36,752 nucleotides of DNA from Chrysochromulina tobinii. Lineage: Eukaryota. This document shows positions 27,502 to 36,752 of the stretch, in pieces (position 1 is the stretch's first letter; each line of letters starts with the position of its first letter). The translations under genes and the position numbers were made by a program. A model generated the notes under the pieces. That model made no database searches, was not told where the DNA came from, and saw only the letters and a list, made by a program, of their open reading frames with translations. The stretch is taken from NCBI GenBank assembly GCA_001275005.1, contig JWZX01003043.1:1-36752 (forward strand). Direction: 5' to 3'.

Positions 27502-28341
27502 CTACACAATTTTCCTGGTCTTCCAACACGTGCCACTGGCGCCGCTGCCCCACGCTTCATGCTTGCCGGGGGCGGAGGTCTCAAAGATCACGCGCCGCTC
27601 CGGCTCCAGCCACACGCACCCAGCTAACTCAAGCCACGCCTGGAGCTTGCCGCCGTCAGCGAGGTCCGCGGGCCAGCATGAGGCCGCGACCGCGCCGGAC
27701 GGCACTAGACCGCAGCGCCGGTAGAGCTCCACTATGATCTCGGAGCACCAGTAGGCCTCCGGGTGCGGCGGGGACGGGGCGAGCGGTTGCCCAGGGCTGT
27801 GGCCGTCAAGCCATCGATGAGAACTGTGTGCCAGCACCATCCTGGGCAACTCAAAGGGTGTTGTGGCGCGAAGCCCCTCGACTTCGGCCACGAATTGATG
27901 CATAGCCGCAACTACTGTGGGCTCGTCCGCGACGGGCTGAGTGCGACGAAGGCGCCGCCAGCTGATCTGGTCCGCGAAGAGCTCGCGGTATTCCGTCAAG
28001 CGCCTCTCGAGCGGACAGACGACGGTCCCGTCAACACCGGCCTCGAGCAGCAGGAGCTTTCCATCCTTGCTGGTCACTACGACGCCCACATGGTCCCAGT
28101 TGCACAGCGATACCGCTCGAAACACCGCTGCGGGTAACGTGATACAGCGGAAGAGTAAAATGTCGCCCCAATGTGCTTGCTCGAGCAAGGTGCTCTGTGG
28201 ACACGGACCAGGGGAATGCCGGTCGGGCCCAAAGTCGGGGAAGCGTTCAAAAGGCGCCCAGCGGCTGCTATTCAAAGACGCATTGCGGTCCGGACCGGAT
28301 CCGAAAGGAAACGAGGAGACCGAGGAGAGGGGCGTCTCCAT
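27502..28341 (-). CDS. Permuted papain-like NlpC/P60 enzyme (YiiX/YebB-like)
   Basis: GDILLFR, WDHVGVVV (His), LLLEAG, then YWCSEII (Cys). His before Cys is the order typical of the permuted family. Confidence 0.8.
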   Translation of the reverse strand: METPLSSVSSFPFGSGPDRNASLNSSRWAPFERFPDFGPDRHSPGPCPQSTLLEQAHWGDILLFRCITLPAAVFRAVSLCNWDHVGVVVTSKDGKLLLLEAGVDGTVVCPLERRLTEYRELFADQISWRRLRRTQPVADEPTVVAAMHQFVAEVEGLRATTPFELPRMVLAHSSHRWLDGHSPGQPLAPSPPHPEAYWCSEIIVELYRRCGLVPSGAVAASCWPADLADGGKLQAWLELAGCVWLEPERRVIFETSAPGKHEAWGSGASGTCWKTRKIV

Positions 28342-28438
28342 TTGTTGACCGGACCTGTGAACAGTGTTTCTTAGCGTGAATAATGAGAGAAAGGGGCCGA
28401 GTCAACCGCCCATTCACACTCAATATGAAAACTTCAGG

Positions 28439-29923
28439 ATGTCTGTGATGAGAGCGCGACGCACAGTGCTCGCCGCCGCCGCCTCAGCCGCCGCCGCCAC
28501 CGCCGCCGCTCTTTGCGCTATTCCGAAGTCCGTGGCGGTTATGGCTGACGAGCCTTATTCTCTTTTGATGAGCCCTCCTGATGACGCGAACGCCATCCAG
28601 CTCGCAAGCATCAAGGTCACCTTCACCTCGACCGCGAACCGCAAGTCACAAGCGGCCGACGAGGCAGGCATCGAGGCATCGTGGGCCGAGGCGCGCGAAA
28701 AACAGCCCAGGCTCTTCGACAAATCAAAGTTTCGGCTCGCATCGATACGATGGACAAATGGTGCCATTAATATCGATCTCGGGCTGACATCCTACAAGGA
28801 TTACGTGGGCACGAACCGGTTGCCCGTGGAGCGGCGCACGGCCCTCGAGGCCGACGGTGAGCGCCTTTACGGCGATCGTACTGCCTTCCTGTCGAATGCT
28901 CTCGGCGTCGAGGCCGTCCTCGAGACGAGTGACGGGCAGATCGTGCTTCTGAGGCGCAGCACCGCAGTCACGGGTGGCCACGGTTTGTACAACGGCCCAT
29001 CTGGCCATCCGGAACCATCGCACGCTGGCTTGGAGGAGGCGCCTGTGCCGACGGCGACAAATGCGGAGGCGGTGGAGGCGGCGTCCCAGGCGGCGGCTCG
29101 CGAGCTCTTCAACTCGGTGCTGCAGGAGATCGTCGAGGAGACGAATGTGCCAATCACGGCGCTCTCTACGCCCCTGATCATAGGTTGCATGGCTGATGCG
29201 AGCGGCAAGCCCGACCTGCTCTTTTTTGTGAGGACGGCGCTGGACGCGGCGGGCGTGCGCGCCGCCTACGCGGAAGGCGCGAGCGACGGCTGGGAGTCCG
29301 ACAAGCTCGCCTTAGTCTCCGCGGAGGCATTTTGCCGGCTTGGTCAACGGGAGGAGTTTGCCGGATGCAGTGATGGCGGCGACGGCGGCGACGGCGGCGA
29401 CGGCGAAGGCGGATGCAGCAGCCTGCTACTCACGTGCGTCACGCGCGCCGCCGCTGCCTGCTATCAGCGTGCGCGCACGAGCGGCGCCCTTGGTGGCGTC
29501 GAGGCTGAGGCGGATGCATCCGGCGTGCGAACTTTTGAGAGCGTGCTGCGAGAGGATGCGGCATTCCGAGAGGCCGCGGCGAGCATCGTTGTTGACGCCG
29601 GCGCCGAGGCTGACGCGCTGCGCCGGCTTCTGCGTCCGGAGGGCGCGTTAGAGGGCGCGAGCGCTGCACGGCTAGCCGAGGCGTGCGAGGAACTCGATGC
29701 GGCGCCGAAGCTCGCGCACGCGAAGGCATGTTTCGGCCCGTGGGCGCATGCATCCAGGGAGGTGGTCGGGGGAGCCGTTATGGCAGTCATCGACGAGCTC
29801 GAGGCGCCACACCTCCTGCCATCGGGCATCGAGACACGCCTGCTTGGTGGTACGAGCGCTGCCGCCTTTGGGCTTTTCACGCTGCTCTCGCAGCCGCGCT
29901 TCGAAGGCGGACCACAGCAATGA
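28439..29923 (+). CDS. NUDT22-like Nudix hydrolase with an unknown C-terminal extension
   Basis: IEASW..QPRLFDKSKFRL, LGLTSYKDYVGTN, LSNALGVEAVLETSDG..LLRRS, PSGHPEP and ELFNSVLQEIVEETNVP. Start is ATG 28439 or 28448. Confidence 0.85.
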   Translation: MSVMRARRTVLAAAASAAAATAAALCAIPKSVAVMADEPYSLLMSPPDDANAIQLASIKVTFTSTANRKSQAADEAGIEASWAEAREKQPRLFDKSKFRLASIRWTNGAINIDLGLTSYKDYVGTNRLPVERRTALEADGERLYGDRTAFLSNALGVEAVLETSDGQIVLLRRSTAVTGGHGLYNGPSGHPEPSHAGLEEAPVPTATNAEAVEAASQAAARELFNSVLQEIVEETNVPITALSTPLIIGCMADASGKPDLLFFVRTALDAAGVRAAYAEGASDGWESDKLALVSAEAFCRLGQREEFAGCSDGGDGGDGGDGEGGCSSLLLTCVTRAAAACYQRARTSGALGGVEAEADASGVRTFESVLREDAAFREAAASIVVDAGAEADALRRLLRPEGALEGASAARLAEACEELDAAPKLAHAKACFGPWAHASREVVGGAVMAVIDELEAPHLLPSGIETRLLGGTSAAAFGLFTLLSQPRFEGGPQQ

Positions 29924-30342
29924 ATGCGGACTAAGCTCGAATCAGTTAGGACTGCATGGTCGCATCTCGCATGCCATGGGGAGATGGGGTTGCTATGTGC
30001 TGGGTTCTCCCGCTTAGCGTCGTGGTGCGGGGTGCCGGCCCGTGTTGGCGGTGTTGCGCGTTGTGTATTCGGTGTTCCTACACGGTGTTGATAGTTGAAC
30101 ATCAGCATTTTCTTCGCCGACAACGGCCTAGTTACTAATAGCAAGTTGTGTCGGCCACACCTCCGTCCATAGCGATAGAGGCCCTCGTGCTTGGGGGTCC
30201 GGAGGTTGTGCGCGTTGTGTGTTTCACAGCAACGTTCGTCACAGCAGCAAGCCGAAACTACCGGTAACCCTGGCCGCGCGCTTTCCCGACTCAGAATCCA
30301 CGGGTTGTGGCGGGCGGAGGCTTGCGACCTTTGGCTTTACAC

Positions 30343-31053
30343 ATGGGGTGCGGCGGTTCCAAAGAGAACCCCGGTCAGGTCCCAGGCCCAAACAGGCCAG
30401 ATCTAAAGAAGCAACCATCGTATCCTGTGCTGAAGAAGGAAGGATCCAGCAGCCGGCGTGACTCCGAGCGGAGCATCGAACGTAGCATCTCCTTCCCGGC
30501 CATGGAGTTTCCTGAGGTAGTCACCGGGAAAATGGAGTGCATGATTCCGTGCCCTGCCGGATTTTTTCCGGGCGAAATGCTCAAGGTTGAATTGCCTGAC
30601 GGGTCAGTCACATATACGACAATCCCGAAGGGGGCCAGGATGGGGCAGCTCTTCAAGGCTCAGTTGCCAAACAAGCGCAAATCGGTCGAGACTTCGGCAT
30701 CCGGGCCAGGCTCATTGCAGAATTCCCTCCGGCAGGATTCCCTCCGGCAGGATTCCCTCCGGCAGGAGACGCCTGATGTGCCCGACGGCGAGACACTCGC
30801 GGACCTGATCAAGCGCAAAGAAGCGCTCATGAGCAAGCTCAACGACGGCACAGCCACACGCGACGACCACCGCGCGCTCGACGCTACGATGACTGAGATC
30901 GAGAGGCGCAACACTGAAAGCTCGGGCAGCGTCAAACGCAGCGACACGGCGGAGGGTGCGGCGCCGGGGGGTGCGTCGCCGGAGACAGGGGCGGCAGCCT
31001 TGGAGACAAAAGTGGAGGCGCCGGATGCTTCAACACCACAAACCCATATCTGA
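30343..31053 (+). CDS. Hypothetical protein with an N-terminal dual-acylation motif (MGCGGSK)
   Basis: ATG 30343 gives MGCGGSK, the myristoylation/palmitoylation consensus. It carries a small beta-rich module (CPAGFFPGEMLKVELPDGSVTYTTIPKGARMGQLFKAQLP) and a 15-nt repeat three times at 30722-30766 (SLRQD). Confidence 0.7.
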   Translation: MGCGGSKENPGQVPGPNRPDLKKQPSYPVLKKEGSSSRRDSERSIERSISFPAMEFPEVVTGKMECMIPCPAGFFPGEMLKVELPDGSVTYTTIPKGARMGQLFKAQLPNKRKSVETSASGPGSLQNSLRQDSLRQDSLRQETPDVPDGETLADLIKRKEALMSKLNDGTATRDDHRALDATMTEIERRNTESSGSVKRSDTAEGAAPGGASPETGAAALETKVEAPDASTPQTHI

Positions 31054-31843
31054 TCAACCGGGATATTATGCGAACGCGCACATTTTTTGCTTTTGGAGCA
31101 ATGGCTGAAGGCTCGTCCTCTAACCGGGCTCCCCGGTGGCTGGTACGCGCGGGCTCGCGGGCGTGTAACTGAAAGCCCTGGAAGCTGTGACCGCGTGAGG
31201 CGGTTAGCGCCTCATAGTCATAAACGGACGCATACACCAAAACTCTGAGTTACACTTCTTGTCAACTTGAACTCGAACCCAGCAAGCAGAGCGAACGGAA
31301 AGGCCCACCCTCACTCGACTGGCGTCGCGTTCGAGCGAGGCAGCCGCGACCCAGCACCGACGACCGAGGCACCGGGTGCATGAGGCAGAGAGACCCGGTT
31401 TCGTCTCGACCCTCCGAGCGCGATCGCACGTCGGGTCGGGTCGCACGCCGAACGTGTCTTAACACCGTACACGCTCTGTATGCCTGGGGGTGTCCCCCTC
31501 GCCACGTGGTGTACGCTGCCTGTTGGCATGTTTTACTTACTTACTTTATACTTACCGGCCCGCACGTGTCTTCTCACATCTCACAGCACAGGGGTCACTT
31601 CTCAGTGGAACACGACCCTTCATCCTCATGACAGCCATGTTTCAATAGGCCATTTGTCTCCATTACGTGCTCGCTGCTTCGCTCTTGCCTGGTGCCATCA
31701 ACGTACCGAGTGTCCACCGCGCCGCGCCACGCAACATCACCCATCTGTCGTCTAGGACGCTGAGAGCGTGTCGCGACCGCCTCGTCGCACGCTGCCGCTC
31801 GTGGCCGTGGCCGTGGCTGCGCGCGACATGTGCTGCGCCCGGC

Positions 31844-32987
31844 TCAGGCGGGGCTGAACACGATGCTCTCATTGAGCAGCTTGGCGTCCGCAAGAGTGAG
31901 CGCGTCGTCGTTGAGCGGCTTGGGCGGGAAACCTCCCTTAAGTGTGAAGGCGACGCCGGGCGCAAGGGTGGCAATGTGCTTCTTGAGCTGCAGCACCGTG
32001 TGCGTGTGGTTCGCCTTGACGACCTTGCGCGAGCCGTCGGCCATGCGCACCTGCAGCGTCGTCGTGGGTGCCGCCATGTCCAACGTGAGCTCCTGCGGCT
32101 CGGTGGCGGCCGCGCTGCTCCCTGCAGCGGCGCTCTCGTCGCGCATAGAACGCCCCTCGCCGCTGAATGGTTTGAGGGTGACGGGCGGCGGCTTGTACGC
32201 CTGCGCAGGGGCACGGGCGATGCGGCCGGGCGGTTGTCGTGGGTGTGAGTGGCGCGGTGAGAGGGCTTGGGGAGCGTCGGGAACGCGGCAGGGGAGCAGG
32301 GCCGAGGGGCATTTGGAGGGAAAGCTGGGGCGGTAGGCGGCACGTCGGAAGCGCGTTGGCACAGGCAGCCAGTGCCGGTCACAACTCAACCGCTGCCCTC
32401 CCTCCCCCTCCCCACGCACGCACGGGCGAAGATGCACCTCGCCGCTCTTGTCAATGATGTGGACATCGCCCTCGGCAGCGCCGTCCTCGCCAATGAGCTC
32501 TGCAGGCATCTGGCCTTGGTTGACGGCGGCGAGGAAGGCGGCGTTAGCGGGGTCGTCACCCTTGCGAAGCGGACCGTCGTCCACGGTGAAGCCGTCCTTG
32601 TAGAAGGTGATCGAGTGCTCGGTCGGCGGCTTCGGCGCCGGTGCGCCCTGCACCTGCTCGCCCGAGAGCGTATGGCCCGCACCGGTGAAGGTCGATGGGC
32701 CCGCCTGACCGCCGCCCGCCGCGCGGTGTGCGTCGATGCTCTGAGCGCCCATCTCATCGCGTGCGCGCTTCATGAACTCGCGCGGGTCGAGCACCTCTTG
32801 ACCACTGCGTTCGTTGGGCGGGGAAGGAGTGAGTGGGGACGCGCTGGGGCTGGCGACCCTGTGCACGTGGGTGACGCGTTTGCACGCACCTGCCGCCGCC
32901 ATTCTTCCCCTGCCCACCTGCGTAGTAGGCCTGGCGCTTGTCGTCATCATTCTCCTCCTTCACGTCCTTTATGCCGACGACGGGCAT
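31844..32987 (-). CDS. p47/Shp1-like p97 (Cdc48) cofactor, SEP-SHP-UBX; exons 32987-32890, 32804-32438 and 32200-31844
   Basis: YYAGGQGKNGGG-SGQEVLDP, FTGAGHTL, SEP (ITFYKDGFTVDDGPLR...FLAAVNQGQMPAEL), PFSGEGRSM and UBX (TTLQVRMADGSR..NHTHTV..GFPPKPL). GT-AG introns at 32805-32889 and 32201-32437 give the canonical protein. Confidence 0.92.
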
Positions 32988-33084
32988 GGTGTGTCTTGTT
33001 CGTGCAATGCAATGGTGAAAGGCGAAGCGCGCGGGTTTCGGTGCCTCGCTTCCCGCTTCGAGTTCGAAAGCGCTCATTCTTCCA

Positions 33085-34170
33085 ATGTCGGAGGCATTCT
33101 TCATCCCTCTCGTGCCGTCCTCGAAGCACTTGGAGCTCGCTACTCAGGCGCCCCTTCCGAGAGGTGAGGCCATCAAGGAGAAGATCGAGGCCCTCCACGC
33201 GAACGCCGAAGACAGGGCCTTCCAGAACCTCTCCACGCGCGCAGCAACTGCACAACTGCACAACCAAAAGGCGTCCTTTGTTGCGGCCGGAGCGAAGATG
33301 GCTGACACGATTGTGTTCCACGAGCGCGCTATCAACGTGGCTATGGACATGGCCGCTCACGATGAGCGCCGCGCCAACGAGCTGCAGAAGAAGCGCGCCA
33401 AGGCGACGCGCGAGATCAACAAGGTGTGCGATGCTGTGGCCGCATTGCAGGACCAGGAGGTCATTCGCGAGAAGGAGCACATCATGAAAATTGTGCACGC
33501 GGAGGAGCGCCGTCAGCAACACCTGAGCACCGTGTCTGCCAAGGCCGCCGCTGAGACCGCTAAGGTGGTGAGTGCGGCCGCTAAGAAGCAGGCGGAGACC
33601 ATGGCCAAGGCAATGGCGAATGATCAGCGCCACTTCAAAGCGGACCTCTACCGGTGCGAGGTGTACTATGAGGGCGTGACCAAGGAGAAGGCGAAGCACG
33701 AGGCTGCATGCGCGCGTCGCGAGGCCGCCGAGACGGCCCACCTCGCCAAAGCAGCCTGCCAGGCTGAGCGCGAGATGGGGGCGGTTAGAAAGGCGCAGGA
33801 GCACCTCGAAGCGGTGGCTGCTAAGGCGCATGCGGAGGCGACCAAGGTGGAGGCGGCGAGCGCGCGGCTAGCAGAGGAGACGGCGTCAAAGGCGGCGAAG
33901 ATCGAGGAGAAGCTCGCCGCCGCCGCCGTGCGCAAGGCTGCTGTGACCTACCCGCCGTGCGCTCGCACGAAGAAACCCACTCCAACGGTCGCGCCGACTA
34001 CGAAAAAGATGGCGATCCGGGTGGCGCTCGCGCTGGCGGGCGGCGCGATCGCGCGCAGCCTATTCGTGTGGGGTGTCAAGCTCGGAGGCCTCGCAAAGCT
34101 CTCTGCTGCCGGCCTGCTCCAGTTTGGCTCTCGGGTCGCCAAGGCGGCGGCGGTCGCCAAGCTCAAGTAA
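33085..34170 (+). CDS. Ala/Glu/Lys-rich coiled-coil protein with a hydrophobic C-terminal tail
   Basis: 361-aa ORF with good GC3 bias, long helical charged repeats and a C-terminal MAIRVALALAGGAIARSLFVWGV segment. Confidence 0.75.
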   Translation: MSEAFFIPLVPSSKHLELATQAPLPRGEAIKEKIEALHANAEDRAFQNLSTRAATAQLHNQKASFVAAGAKMADTIVFHERAINVAMDMAAHDERRANELQKKRAKATREINKVCDAVAALQDQEVIREKEHIMKIVHAEERRQQHLSTVSAKAAAETAKVVSAAAKKQAETMAKAMANDQRHFKADLYRCEVYYEGVTKEKAKHEAACARREAAETAHLAKAACQAEREMGAVRKAQEHLEAVAAKAHAEATKVEAASARLAEETASKAAKIEEKLAAAAVRKAAVTYPPCARTKKPTPTVAPTTKKMAIRVALALAGGAIARSLFVWGVKLGGLAKLSAAGLLQFGSRVAKAAAVAKLK

Positions 34171-34894
34171 AAGCGAGCCCTTTGGGCGATGCGCGCGGGT
34201 TGCACCGAGGGGATACGTGGCGCAGAAAGCGCCCCCGTGCACTGCCATCGCGGCGCGGCTGAGGATCGACTTGGCGTGGTCATGCAAACGGATCTGTGGG
34301 GAGCGAACGGGTGTTTCAGAGGCCCCTGCTGGCACATGAGACATGACAGACATGAGACGTGTGCGCAGATTGACGAATGAGCCGCTGTGCGTCTGGACCT
34401 TAGTGCGGATGGTGTTGAAGAATCGCCACGTGTGTCGCCACTGCCGCTGTGATGACGCAGAGTCGCGCGGCATCCGGCAATGGCAGAGTGCGTGAAGAGT
34501 GGTATGAGCGGATGAGCGTTTAGTTACTCGTGTGTATGGGGCACTACGGAGAAGAAATAGGTGCTGTGCTACGGTGCGGCGTGCCGCGAAGCTACATGTA
34601 GACGACCCTCTGAGTGCAATCTGCACACTTCCGGTTCTCAGCCTCTTCACACTCGTGTCAAGTCAAGTGCTCAAGTCGATACAGAAACAATTCCAAACGG
34701 AAGCCTATCGAATGTGCTCCGGAAGCCAGCAGGGGAGGACGGGCGTCGATGGAGATGGCGGAGGGGAATCCCCTCGGAGAACGTGTACGTGATTGACTTG
34801 ACTTGACTTGACTTGTAGCGCCTACTTCTGCGAACGACCGCGCGTCGCCGCTTCTCGTGCAGACCCTCAAGCGCCTTGCTCGACCCCTTGGCAA

Positions 34895-35554
34895 ATGTAC
34901 AACGGCATCGGCCTCGCGAGTGTGCGCGGGAGTGGCACCAATGGCTACGTCACGAAGAACATGGCGCACGTGAGCCGCCAGCGCCAGGCAGACCGCAAGA
35001 GCCAAGATCATTTCCGGGAGCCGCCAAAGCTCAGAGCGCCAGCCAAGGCGAACAGTGAGATCCTCGACCACAACCGCAAACGTGAGGTCGAGGTCAAGTG
35101 CCTCGCTCTGCAGGAGCAGCTCGAGGAGCAGGGGCTGGCAGCCGACGAGGTCGAGGAAAAAGTGAGCGCGCTGCGCACCAAGCTGCTTGTTAAGCTTCCA
35201 GCACCCGGCGAGAGCAGCAGCAGCGGCGTGGGCGGGCGGACGGGCGAGACGCACGCCGACGCCGAACGCAAGGCGGCCGAGGCCGCGGCGCTCAAAGGCG
35301 CGCTCGGCATCAGCGAATCGTACGTGCCCGGGCAGGCCTTTGACCGGGAGCTGCAGCAGAAGCTCAAGGAGGAGCGCATGGCGAAGCGCGAGGCCGAGGA
35401 GCAGGCGCGGCGCGAGGCGGAGGAGGAGCTCGAGCGCGAGCGCGAGCGCGAGGAGCGGCGCAAGCGCAAGGAGGCTCGGCGCGAGGAGAAGGAGGCGGCG
35501 CGAGCAGAGAAAAAGCTGAGGAGGAGCAAGCATCGTGACGAAGAGGACGACTGA
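34895..35554 (+). CDS. CWC21: Pre-mRNA splicing factor CWC21 (cwf21/SRRM2 N-terminal domain)
   Basis: MYNGIGLASVRGSGTNGYVTKN...NSEILDHNRKREVEVKCLALQEQLEEQG...ETH...LKGALGI...GQAFDRELQ. Confidence 0.95.
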   Translation: MYNGIGLASVRGSGTNGYVTKNMAHVSRQRQADRKSQDHFREPPKLRAPAKANSEILDHNRKREVEVKCLALQEQLEEQGLAADEVEEKVSALRTKLLVKLPAPGESSSSGVGGRTGETHADAERKAAEAAALKGALGISESYVPGQAFDRELQQKLKEERMAKREAEEQARREAEEELEREREREERRKRKEARREEKEAARAEKKLRRSKHRDEEDD

Positions 35555-35694
35555 CACAGAGGATGCTTCAACATGAGTGAGAGCACGACCAAGGTTGTTT
35601 TACGGCAGCAAAAAGTTATCTCATCTCGAAACCGCCGTGTGAGGAAAAGGTGCAAGACAGCAGACTTGACACGACTCTGCCTCCGCAGCCAGAC

Positions 35695-36309
35695 ATGCCC
35701 AAGAAGAACAAGCGCAAGGCGGAGGAGGAGGAGAAGGAGGAGAAGGAGGAGAAGGAGGAGGAGGGCGAAGAGGACGACTACGAAGACCCAAATGACGGCG
35801 AGTATGAGGAGAAGCCCAAGAAGGGCAGCGCCAAAAAAGGCAAGAAAAAGGACGAGGACGAGGATGAAAAGGCCGCCGACGACGACGACGACGACGACTC
35901 CGCGATTCCCACAGCGGACCTGAAGAAGAAATATGTGACGCTGACTCTCGTCCGCAAGGACGACAGCCTTGGATTGTCCCTCGACAACAATCACGTGACT
36001 GCAGTGAAACCAGGCGGCGCAGCAGCGGAAGCAGGCGTGCTGGTGGGCGACATCATTGTCGAGGTGATGGGCAAGGACTGCAACATTGAGCCATTCGGAA
36101 GCCTGCTCCCGAAGAACAAGTCGCTGCCCGTCAAGTTGAAAGCTATGCGCTTTGTCAAGGATGACGGCGTCAAGAAGCCGAAGAAGCCAAAGACGACGGA
36201 GACGGAGGGCGAGGCGTCCACTAGCGCTGAGACCAAGCCCGACGAAACAAAGGAGGAGCCCGAGAAGGAAGCCCAGGCCGATGAGGCCAAGGAGGAGACC
36301 AAGGCGTAA
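35695..36309 (+). CDS. Acidic/Lys-rich protein with a PDZ domain
   Basis: ATG 35695 (MPKKNKRK) follows a CTCCGCAG acceptor-like site. PDZ: SLGLSLDNNHVTAVKPGGAAAEAGVLVGDIIVEVMG. Confidence 0.8.
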   Translation: MPKKNKRKAEEEEKEEKEEKEEEGEEDDYEDPNDGEYEEKPKKGSAKKGKKKDEDEDEKAADDDDDDDSAIPTADLKKKYVTLTLVRKDDSLGLSLDNNHVTAVKPGGAAAEAGVLVGDIIVEVMGKDCNIEPFGSLLPKNKSLPVKLKAMRFVKDDGVKKPKKPKTTETEGEASTSAETKPDETKEEPEKEAQADEAKEETKA

Positions 36310-36752
36310 GACTAATATCGAGGCTGCTCCCGCTGCCGCCAGTAAGTCACAGGCTGGGAATGAGAGCGCGGTTGCCCCTGATGACAGCCCCAATCGCATG
36401 GTGGACGCGTGCCCGAACTTGCAATCGCGTGCTGTGGCTCGTGGTCGTGCAAGTGACCCGGCGTATATATGGGAGACATAGACAGAGCTATACGGCATTG
36501 TGTACGGGCTATGCAACGTGTGTCGTCTAGGGGCCGCGGGTCCTTGACGCCCAACTCCGAACTCGGGCGGCCTGTGCGCGGTCTACTATTTTTCATGTTT
36601 ATAAGGCCCAACCCTACAGTCACCGCTATGTTTGGGAATTGAATGGTCGCCGCTCCTGCACGCTGCAGCCTGGAATACGATTTAGTTAACGCGCCGACCG
36701 CGCGCGCGGGCCGGGGACGGCGACGGGGGGGCGGGGCGGCGGGGGGGGGGGG

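Noticed and set aside
31060..31840. Long intergenic region as an RNA gene or SECIS-containing UTR
   Set aside because: I could not identify a tRNA, snRNA, rRNA or SECIS consensus, and neither flanking gene needs TGA read-through. An Infernal/Rfam scan would be needed to exclude it.
34655..34820. CAAGT repeats near 34660 and ACTTG repeats near 34800 as terminal inverted repeats of a MITE
   Set aside because: These are short pentamer microsatellites in opposite orientation, with no clear boundaries or target duplication.
665..36623. Numerous long antisense or alternate-frame ORFs (e.g. 665-1663, 3982-5175, 32267-33487, 35008-36516)
   Set aside because: They overlap recognisable genes on the other strand or frame, are Arg/Ala/Pro-rich without motifs, and are expected in GC-rich coding DNA.
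36700..36752. G-rich terminal run as a G-quadruplex or telomeric feature
   Set aside because: Low-complexity sequence at the window edge, possibly a contig-end artefact; cannot be interpreted.

Overview
This is gene-dense, GC-rich eukaryotic nuclear DNA, not prokaryotic. It contains spliceosomal introns (GT-AG, and possibly GC-AG) and nucleus-encoded plastid proteins with bipartite signal-plus-transit presequences. That points to an alga with a complex red-derived plastid, most plausibly a haptophyte (inference). I can support about 22 protein genes. Recognisable ones: ERCC1, Mpv17/PMP22, a tandem-DCD protein, TFIIF large subunit, an ORANGE-like DnaJ zinc-finger protein, a VPS9 GEF, plastid SBPase, a permuted NlpC/P60 enzyme, a NUDT22-like hydrolase, p47/Shp1 (SEP-UBX), CWC21 and two PDZ proteins. 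Two things stand out. (1) A recurring insertion architecture: introns in three unrelated genes are bracketed by direct duplications of the flanking sequence centred on AG|GT. Two of them are filled with the same ~10-nt CTCTGATGRC-type repeat, and a similar duplication-plus-repeat unit lies outside coding sequence. This suggests an active mechanism that creates introns by duplication and insertion. (2) A large cytosolic-looking protein fuses tandem WWE domains to a trypsin-like serine protease with an intact H-D-S triad, making it a candidate poly(ADP-ribose)-guided protease. Other unusual architectures are a signal-peptide tandem-SAM protein ending in KQEL, a signal-peptide ankyrin protein with Cys-rich inserts, and a PX-TM-START protein. 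All family calls come from motif recognition by eye; no searches were run. I saw no rRNA, tRNA, CRISPR array or transposase.
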